64,000 nucleotides of DNA from Nitrosopumilus sp. GTDB lineage: Archaea > Thermoproteota > Nitrososphaeria > Nitrososphaerales > Nitrosopumilaceae. The stretch is taken from NCBI GenBank assembly GCA_963667665.2, contig OY763927.2, forward strand, positions 1,280,001 to 1,344,000, read 5' to 3'. This document shows positions 57,336 to 64,000 of this stretch, in pieces (position 1 is the stretch's first letter; each line of letters begins with the position of its first letter). Position numbers and translations under genes: made by a program. The notes beneath the pieces are model-generated. The model saw only the letters and a program-made list of their open reading frames with translations. It did not search any database and was not told where the DNA came from.

Positions 57336-57863
57336 TTATGTTCTAGTTCCACACTTTGTGCAAAACTTTGCATTTGGTCTTAGTTCAGCACCACATGAAG
57401 AACATCCATTTCCACTAGATGTTGTAGCTGTTTGAGCTACCAAACGTTGATCTGGTGTTGGTAAAGTTCCAACGTCTCCAAATGATTCTTGGGCAGAAAC
57501 AATTCCTGGTGGGCCTCCAACTGGATTGTCCGTAGTCCCTGCTCTTGGTGGCATTCCCATTCCGCCAGCCATACCTCCAGGATTTCCCATTCCGGGCATC
57601 AAACCAGGAGACTGTGTATTTCCTCCGCCAGAACCCATTGATTTTTTCATCTCAAATAGTACTTTGATTGCTAGAAATTCTAATGCTGAATATGCTACTA
57701 CATAATCACCAAGTTTTTGGAAGAATTCTTTATCACTTAGTTGGCCTTTTTTGTACATGTTATTAGTATCAAGAAATGTTTCATAGTATCCTTGAGATTC
57801 ATCAAACAAACTTTCGAGTTTTTCATATAGCATACCTAGTGTATCTACTTCACCAAACGACAT
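57336..57863 (-). CDS. zinc-ribbon domain protein with Gly/Met/Pro linker
   Basis: C-terminal CSSCG...AKFCTKCG. Confidence 0.8.
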   Translation of the reverse strand: MSFGEVDTLGMLYEKLESLFDESQGYYETFLDTNNMYKKGQLSDKEFFQKLGDYVVAYSALEFLAIKVLFEMKKSMGSGGGNTQSPGLMPGMGNPGGMAGGMGMPPRAGTTDNPVGGPPGIVSAQESFGDVGTLPTPDQRLVAQTATTSSGNGCSSCGAELRPNAKFCTKCGTRT

Positions 57864-58064
57864 GAACCCCCTCAATTTTTGGAATATTAATTACTTTAGG
57901 ATCAAAATGTGTAATGTTCAATATACTCAACAGGCTCAATTTAGTCACAGATATCATTGAATTGATTTTTCATATTGAAAGTAGGTTCAGCTAATTAAGA
58001 CAAGTTCTTTAAACAATTGTTTAGTTTTTGTGTAGTTAATTTTATTTAAAATGTATTTCTTGAA

Positions 58065-58493
58065 ATGAAAATGGATAAATCTTCTCACCAAACAAAAGAT
58101 CTCTTTGGTGTATCTAAAAAAAATATTGACAGATTTTTTAATGAGGTTGAAAAATCTTCTCCAAAATACCATCAATCAGTCGCTAAACTTCAGCAAGATT
58201 ACATCGATGCATGGAAAACTGTGATTAATTCAGCTATTTCTTTGGAACAAGAATATGCAATCAAGGCGGGTTACAAGACAGAAGTACCTGAATCTGTTCT
58301 AAAAACAATCCGTGATATTACTGACTTCTCTCTTGAAGCATATAACAATCAAAATAAAATCACTACAAATGCATCAGAGGCAACGAAACAGGCGTTTAAA
58401 ACATTTAATCAAAATACAAAATCTTTTGCGACTCTAAACAAAGAGATTATGGGATATATCATGTCTGTATTTGAACAGAAATTAAACACCTAA
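58065..58493 (+). CDS. all-helical hypothetical protein (phasin-like appearance)
   Basis: Amphipathic helices, P.Y.QS...LQQ.Y..AW pattern. Confidence 0.6.
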   Translation: MKMDKSSHQTKDLFGVSKKNIDRFFNEVEKSSPKYHQSVAKLQQDYIDAWKTVINSAISLEQEYAIKAGYKTEVPESVLKTIRDITDFSLEAYNNQNKITTNASEATKQAFKTFNQNTKSFATLNKEIMGYIMSVFEQKLNT

Positions 58494-58537
58494 TCTATTT
58501 TTTCTAGATCAAAAAAGAAGAAAAACGTGTTTGGGAT

Positions 58538-58864
58538 TTATGCTAGTGCTCTATCAATCATACTTTTGTATGATTCTTTAGAAGCAGCGCCTACTTGTTG
58601 GCTAACTAATTCACCTTTGTTAAGTAGGATTAAGGTTGGAATACTAAAGACATTATATTTTGATGCCAATTCATTGGCCTCATCAACATTAACCTTGACA
58701 AATTTTACTTTGCCATCATAATCATTTGCCAATTCTTCAACTACTGGACTTACCATCCTACATGGACCACACCATTCTGCCCAAAAGTCTACAAATACAG
58801 GAATATCAGAGTTTACCACTTCGACTTCCCAAGACTTTGCATCTGAAACTTGTGTAACTGTCAT
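58538..58864 (-). CDS. trxA: thioredoxin
   Basis: DFWAEWCGPCR motif. Confidence 0.94.
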   Translation of the reverse strand: MTVTQVSDAKSWEVEVVNSDIPVFVDFWAEWCGPCRMVSPVVEELANDYDGKVKFVKVNVDEANELASKYNVFSIPTLILLNKGELVSQQVGAASKESYKSMIDRALA

Positions 58865-58979
58865 GGTACTGATACTTTATTGACCGTACCTAAAAACGTT
58901 CACCAGAATTAACACCATATTTTTTGTTGGATAATTAATTTTGGTATATATTTAAATGACGTTTTAATAAAATTCAGAC

Positions 58980-59711
58980 ATGAGTTCAGAGCTTAGACTT
59001 AAAAAATTAAGAGGTTCCGGAGGATATGTTATGGCCACAGTTACTGATGAACAACAGAGAAAAGCAAATGTAGGTGGTGGTGGTCCTGATCTGTTTTTAG
59101 CAGCAATAGGTAGATTAGAAGTAGAAAAAATTACCAAATATTTTTGCAATACCTGCGAAAAAGAATTCGAGGGCGCACCAAAAATAGAATTTGAGAATCC
59201 TAACGAAGAAGTTTCAGAAAATCTAATTCTTGTAGAAAAAGGACAATACATATGCAATTCATGTAATAATTCAATTGCAGAATATAGAGAATTCAAAAAA
59301 CCAGACGAAACAGGAGAAATTGGAAATGCAAAACCTGAAGGGGAAATAGTTGAAAGTGTACCACAGCAAGTTGTAGAGGCATCACCACAAACTCCACAGG
59401 AAACAGTTACACAACCAGGTCCAGCAACTTCAGTTACTTCAATTGAAGGAAGAGCAGTATATGATGAAAATGCCAACAAGATCGGAGTTGCAAAACAAGT
59501 AGGTATTGATTCTTCACAGTCGATGGTTCTAGTATTGACTAAAAATGATGGTACAGAAGGCAGTATTCCATGGAATGGTATCAAAAAGATTGGCGAAGTA
59601 ATTCTTTTAGGAAATCCAGAATCTGCTACTCAACCAGGAAAATGCTCTAATTGTGGATTTGGAAATAAAGAAGGCTCTAAATTCTGTGAAGAGTGCGGAA
59701 CCAAGCTCTAA
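58980..59711 (+). CDS. Zn-finger / PRC-barrel / zinc-ribbon protein
   Basis: CNTC..CNSC, G..VYD....KIG PRC-like stretch, C-terminal FCEECG. Confidence 0.75.
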   Translation: MSSELRLKKLRGSGGYVMATVTDEQQRKANVGGGGPDLFLAAIGRLEVEKITKYFCNTCEKEFEGAPKIEFENPNEEVSENLILVEKGQYICNSCNNSIAEYREFKKPDETGEIGNAKPEGEIVESVPQQVVEASPQTPQETVTQPGPATSVTSIEGRAVYDENANKIGVAKQVGIDSSQSMVLVLTKNDGTEGSIPWNGIKKIGEVILLGNPESATQPGKCSNCGFGNKEGSKFCEECGTKL

Positions 59712-59752
59712 TAGCTAACAAATTTAATCAATGAAAATAGGCGATGATATAA

Positions 59753-60472
59753 TTGAAAAAATCTATTTCTAAAGGAGTAATCAAAGACATCATTATTGTT
59801 GGTGTAGGGGTTTTAGTTATTTGGATAGGTCTACAAGCAGCATTTGGAACACAAAATCCATTCTATGTAGTTGCAAGTGGAAGTATGATTCCAGTTTTAG
59901 AAGTTTATGATGTTTTGATAGTTCAAGGACATGAGCCTTTTGAAGATATAGAGATAGGAGACATTATTGTATTTAATCGGCCATCAGATCATAATAGAGT
60001 AATTGTACATAGAGTTATATCAATAATTGATGATGAACCAAAAACAGTTAGAACAAAAGGAGATGCAAATCCAGCGTCAATTCCTGGAACTGACTTTCCA
60101 ATTACTGAAGAAGAATACATTGGAAAAGTAGTACATACGCTTCCACAAGTAGGATATGTTACACAGTTACTAAAACCACCCATTAACTATGTCATTATTG
60201 CAGTTGTGATAGGAGTAATGATTGTAAAACAGATTACAAAGAAGAAAAAAGAAAAAGAAACTATACTCTCAGATCCATTAGATTCAAAAAATCCAGACAC
60301 AATTGAAGAATTATCAGATATAGATAAAATAGAAAAAGATTCTGAATATTCTGGACATGTAGAAAAATTAGATTCTACAGAAAAAGTAGAGTCTGATGAA
60401 GAAGCTAAATTAGATTCAGATGAAACACCCAAAAAAGATGATAAAACATCTGAGAAAGATAACAAAGAGTAA
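59753..60472 (+). CDS. archaeal signal peptidase I
   Basis: VVASGSM.P, GDII.F, IVHRV and TKGDAN motifs. Confidence 0.93.
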   Translation: MKKSISKGVIKDIIIVGVGVLVIWIGLQAAFGTQNPFYVVASGSMIPVLEVYDVLIVQGHEPFEDIEIGDIIVFNRPSDHNRVIVHRVISIIDDEPKTVRTKGDANPASIPGTDFPITEEEYIGKVVHTLPQVGYVTQLLKPPINYVIIAVVIGVMIVKQITKKKKEKETILSDPLDSKNPDTIEELSDIDKIEKDSEYSGHVEKLDSTEKVESDEEAKLDSDETPKKDDKTSEKDNKE

Positions 60473-60701
60473 ATTAAATTCGGTGTAATTCAGGCAAACA
60501 GGTTCACATTATGCGTAGATGAAAGCACTAGATCGTCCTGTTTGCTTGGTGAGATTATTTACGTAAAATTTACTAAAAAAGGATTCTGATAAATCATTAG
60601 TTCCAAGAGTAGAATCATTTATGAACTACCTGTAATGTTAATTTTAAAATCTATAGTTTTGTAGATTAGTTTAGTGCGTATTTCATTAAAATCCCAATTA
60701 T

Positions 60702-60941
60702 CTAATGAGTATATGCAATTTTAGATAACTTACGGATATGACTAGTATCATTTTTTGCTGCCAAGTTTAGTGCTTTTTGCATTTTATTTTTGATTTCATC
60801 AAAGTCTTTTTGGTCCTCTTTGATTACCTCGCATTCTGCGACAATTGGCAAGTCTCTAAAGTTCTGAAACTGCACATATGTCACAACACAGGTATAGTAT
60901 TTTTTGTCTTCCTTGAATTTGTACCTAATTTTAACTGGCAT
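60702..60941 (-). CDS. hypothetical protein
   Basis: 79-aa ATG-initiated ORF with TATA-like sequence upstream. Confidence 0.55.
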   Translation of the reverse strand: MPVKIRYKFKEDKKYYTCVVTYVQFQNFRDLPIVAECEVIKEDQKDFDEIKNKMQKALNLAAKNDTSHIRKLSKIAYTH

Positions 60942-61089
60942 ACCATTTTCAATGTAATTTAATTATGAGATTAAATACTGTTAGTTAGAAAAATAAATAA
61001 CATCTTTATGATCGCTATGTTGTTTTTAATAATTTGATCTCACCAAATTGTATTACAAATTTAATGATCTATTTTAGAAATTTTAAAAT

Positions 61090-62616
61090 CTACAAAATAG
61101 AATCTTTTGTTTGAAATATTCGTTTAAAGTAATCAGAGGGTTCTGATGGTTCTTCAAGATCGTTTGTAATACCAGCTAGTTTCTTTGCAAGATTCTTTTT
61201 GTAACCAATTTGCATCTGTCTTTGAATCTGGATTCTTTGTGCTTGTGGAGAACCTGCACCATGCATAGATTCTGTAAGATATCCCACAGAATTTCTACCA
61301 AGTGTCATGTTTTCAATTAGTCTAAGAATTCTCATTCTGTTTTCAACATCAACACCTTTTCTTCCTACAAGAAATCTTTTCAGTAATGGACCAGCAACTG
61401 GATGTCTAAAGTCCTTTTCAGATGGAAGAGTCACTACTAATCCACCGGCAATGTCTTGTGCAAGTCTACTAATTTCATATGGAAATCTAGTAACGTTGTG
61501 TTTGCAAACTTGTGCAAGCATATCTTCATTTAGATATACACCTGATTTCATCTTGTGTGCTAAGTAAGAGGATGCTATTCCTGCAGCAAAGATTGATTCG
61601 TTAAGATGAGTCATTTCAACAATTTTGTCTTTAATGTGAGATACCTTTGGTACTCCATTATAGTCAGCAATTGTTGCTGCAGCACCAATGAGTACATCAC
61701 CAAGTCCTGTTTTGCATACATAACTACGTCTATGATAACAAGTAAAACGCTCTATTAGCATAGATGCAAATTCATATTCTCCATGCATGAAGACCTTATC
61801 CCATGGAATAAACACTCTTTCTAAAATCATCAAGGCTTCTTGTCCACCATATTTTGCATTACCATCATCAATGTCACCTTCTTCCATGCTTCTAGTGTCA
61901 CAAGACTGTCGACCATAGATGTAAGTAACTCCTTTTGCATCTGCTGGAATTACACCAACAAATGCCCAGTCTTTGTCATCTTGTGTCAGTCTAACTGTGG
62001 GCATCAAAATAATCCAATGTGAATTAATACAACCAGTTTGGTGTGCTTTGGCACCAGACACATAGATTCCTTTATCATCAGTCTCTACTACTCGTGTAAA
62101 CATGTCTGGATCATCTTGTTCTGATGGTCCTTTACTTCTATCACCTTTAGGATCAGTCATTGCACCACCAATTACAAGATTTTCTTGTTGAACCATCTTT
62201 ACAAATTCTAAGAATCTTTTATGATAGTCTGTTCCATGTTTTTCATCTATTTCAAAAGTTACAGAGTGTAAAGAATTCAATGCATCCATTCCAACACATC
62301 TCTGGAAACATGTTCCAGTGTTTTGTCCTAATGTTCTTTGCATTTTATTTTGTAAAACCAAGTCTTGTGCACTTTCTGCAATGTGTAAAAATCTGTTAAC
62401 TCTTAATCCAGTAATTGATGAATCAGCTGTAGCCAAAGCTTCTTCACGTACTGCAAGATCATAAGTTTCTGCAACTGCGTTAATTGATGGTCTAATCATT
62501 GGATGATCTACGGGTTCTTTGACTAATTCTCCAAATAGGTAAACTGTGAGATCACGTCCTCTAAGACTTTCAATATAATCATCACCTGTTCTAATTGTCT
62601 TTAAGACATTAGCCAT
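61090..62616 (-). CDS. hcd: 4-hydroxybutyryl-CoA dehydratase (3HP/4HB carbon fixation)
   Basis: TCFQRCVGMD, AMTDPKGDRS, YHRRSY.CK and MHGAGSPQAQ motifs. Confidence 0.94.
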   Translation of the reverse strand: MANVLKTIRTGDDYIESLRGRDLTVYLFGELVKEPVDHPMIRPSINAVAETYDLAVREEALATADSSITGLRVNRFLHIAESAQDLVLQNKMQRTLGQNTGTCFQRCVGMDALNSLHSVTFEIDEKHGTDYHKRFLEFVKMVQQENLVIGGAMTDPKGDRSKGPSEQDDPDMFTRVVETDDKGIYVSGAKAHQTGCINSHWIILMPTVRLTQDDKDWAFVGVIPADAKGVTYIYGRQSCDTRSMEEGDIDDGNAKYGGQEALMILERVFIPWDKVFMHGEYEFASMLIERFTCYHRRSYVCKTGLGDVLIGAAATIADYNGVPKVSHIKDKIVEMTHLNESIFAAGIASSYLAHKMKSGVYLNEDMLAQVCKHNVTRFPYEISRLAQDIAGGLVVTLPSEKDFRHPVAGPLLKRFLVGRKGVDVENRMRILRLIENMTLGRNSVGYLTESMHGAGSPQAQRIQIQRQMQIGYKKNLAKKLAGITNDLEEPSEPSDYFKRIFQTKDSIL

Positions 62617-62688
62617 GTAATAATATTCTCCTTTATGATGTATAAATATTCAGATTGAAATGAGGAAAAATTTACGAATGAATTATTA

Positions 62689-64000
62689 TCAGAGACCTAT
62701 TCTGACATCTAAAATGCGACAACCTTTACCCTTCTCCATTACAAGTACAGGATTCATGTCTAATTCTTTGATCTCTTTAAAGTCAGAAACTAGTTGAGAT
62801 AACCTTTGAATGCATTCAGAGAGTTTTGATATGTCTGAAGGTTTTTCACCTCTTACACCTAGAAGTATTTTTTGGGTCTTTATTGATGCTATCATGTCAT
62901 CTGCTTCTTTGTCAGTTACAGGCGCTATCTTGAATGTAACATCTTTGAGAACTTCGACGTAGATTCCTCCCATTCCTAGCATGATTACTGGACCGAATCC
63001 AGGCTCGAGTTTTGAGCCGATGATTAGTTCTTTTCCACCCTTTACCATCTCTACAATCAAGACACCCTTAATCTCAGCTTTTTTGTTGTATTTTTTAGCA
63101 TTTTTGATAATTGTTTTGTATGCATTTTTGATTTCAGAATCATTTGTCAAGTTTACTTTAACACCACCTGCATCAGATTTGTGAACAATCTGAGGTGATG
63201 CAATTTTCATTACAACTGGATAACCAATCTTCTTTGCAATTTTTACTGCTTCGGACTCTGTTGCAGCAAGTGCACTTGAAGGTAGTGGTAATCCATATGC
63301 TTTAAGAACTTCTTGTCCTTCTTCTTCTAGAAGATTTGGTCGTTTCTCTTTTTTGACCTGGTCAAATATTTTCTTGGCTTTTGCTTTGTTTACTTTGAAT
63401 TTAGTAATTTTTCCAGTAGGATCTTTTATCCAGTTAGAAAATCTAATCATTGCTGCAAGAGTTCTAATTGCACCTTCTGCGTATGTGTAATATGGAACAT
63501 TTCCAGCAGCTAAAATTTCTCTGTTGGTAATTCCTTCATCTAATCCCATCAAACTTGCAAGCATTGTCTTTTTGTATTTCTTTGACATTTCAACAATGAC
63601 TTCTGCTAGTTTATCATAATCTAGAGTTCCAGAAGGAGTACACATTGTAATTACAGACCCAACTTTTGGATGTTTGAGAACTCTATCTAAAACATTATGG
63701 AATCGATTAAAATCAGCATCACCAACAATATCAACAGGATTTCGAGAGCTTCCCCAAGGTGGAATTACCTCGTCAATTTTTTTTCTAACACTTGTAATAT
63801 CTGCCATCTTGATTTTAGCCTTTGAACATGCATCAGTTGAGATGATTGCAGGACCACCTGCATTTGAAACAATTACAAGATCACCATTTGATGGTAGTGG
63901 TTGTTTAGAAAATGCTGTTGCATAATCAAAGAGTTCTTCCATGGTATCAACTCTGATTGCACCAGATTGTTTTAGTAAAGCATCATAGATTTCATCGGAA
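62689..64000 (-). CDS. ADP-forming acyl-CoA ligase, likely 4-hydroxybutyrate--CoA ligase (5' end outside window)
   Basis: SNAGGP, NPVD, HKSDAGGV and ELDMNP ATP-grasp motifs. Adjacent to hcd; the frame runs to the window edge. Confidence 0.85.
   Translation of the reverse strand, partial: SDEIYDALLKQSGAIRVDTMEELFDYATAFSKQPLPSNGDLVIVSNAGGPAIISTDACSKAKIKMADITSVRKKIDEVIPPWGSSRNPVDIVGDADFNRFHNVLDRVLKHPKVGSVITMCTPSGTLDYDKLAEVIVEMSKKYKKTMLASLMGLDEGITNREILAAGNVPYYTYAEGAIRTLAAMIRFSNWIKDPTGKITKFKVNKAKAKKIFDQVKKEKRPNLLEEEGQEVLKAYGLPLPSSALAATESEAVKIAKKIGYPVVMKIASPQIVHKSDAGGVKVNLTNDSEIKNAYKTIIKNAKKYNKKAEIKGVLIVEMVKGGKELIIGSKLEPGFGPVIMLGMGGIYVEVLKDVTFKIAPVTDKEADDMIASIKTQKILLGVRGEKPSDISKLSECIQRLSQLVSDFKEIKELDMNPVLVMEKGKGCRILDVRIGL

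Noticed and set aside
61090-64000. 3HP/4HB carbon-fixation genes as a novelty
   Set aside because: Well-characterised core pathway of ammonia-oxidising archaea.

Overview
AT-rich archaeal chromosome segment. Gene content and order point to a marine ammonia-oxidising thaumarchaeon (Nitrosopumilus-like): the 4-hydroxybutyryl-CoA dehydratase/ADP-forming ligase pair, sdhACDB, gins-mcm-hel308, RFC, TFB, the L7Ae-S28e-L24e-ndk-aIF5B cluster and Sm-L37e. Most of the window is core housekeeping, with six tRNAs. An accessory stretch (~28.4-46 kb) carries secreted/surface proteins, small zinc fingers, a PIN protein, nuclease-like genes and a 2H phosphoesterase. No CRISPR array, rRNA, integrase or transposase is visible. 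Five signals stand out. (1) Nine GATC sites in 95 bp lie in the leader between the divergent gins-mcm-hel308 and RFC genes. (2) An Alba chromatin protein is fused to ~52 perfect 36-bp repeats encoding a strongly acidic tail of ~660 aa. (3) A HemA homologue has lost its catalytic cysteine. (4) A ~360-bp identical block is shared by two adjacent surface-protein genes. (5) An apparent head-to-head deletion junction lies in the accessory region. All calls come from visual motif recognition; no database searches were run.
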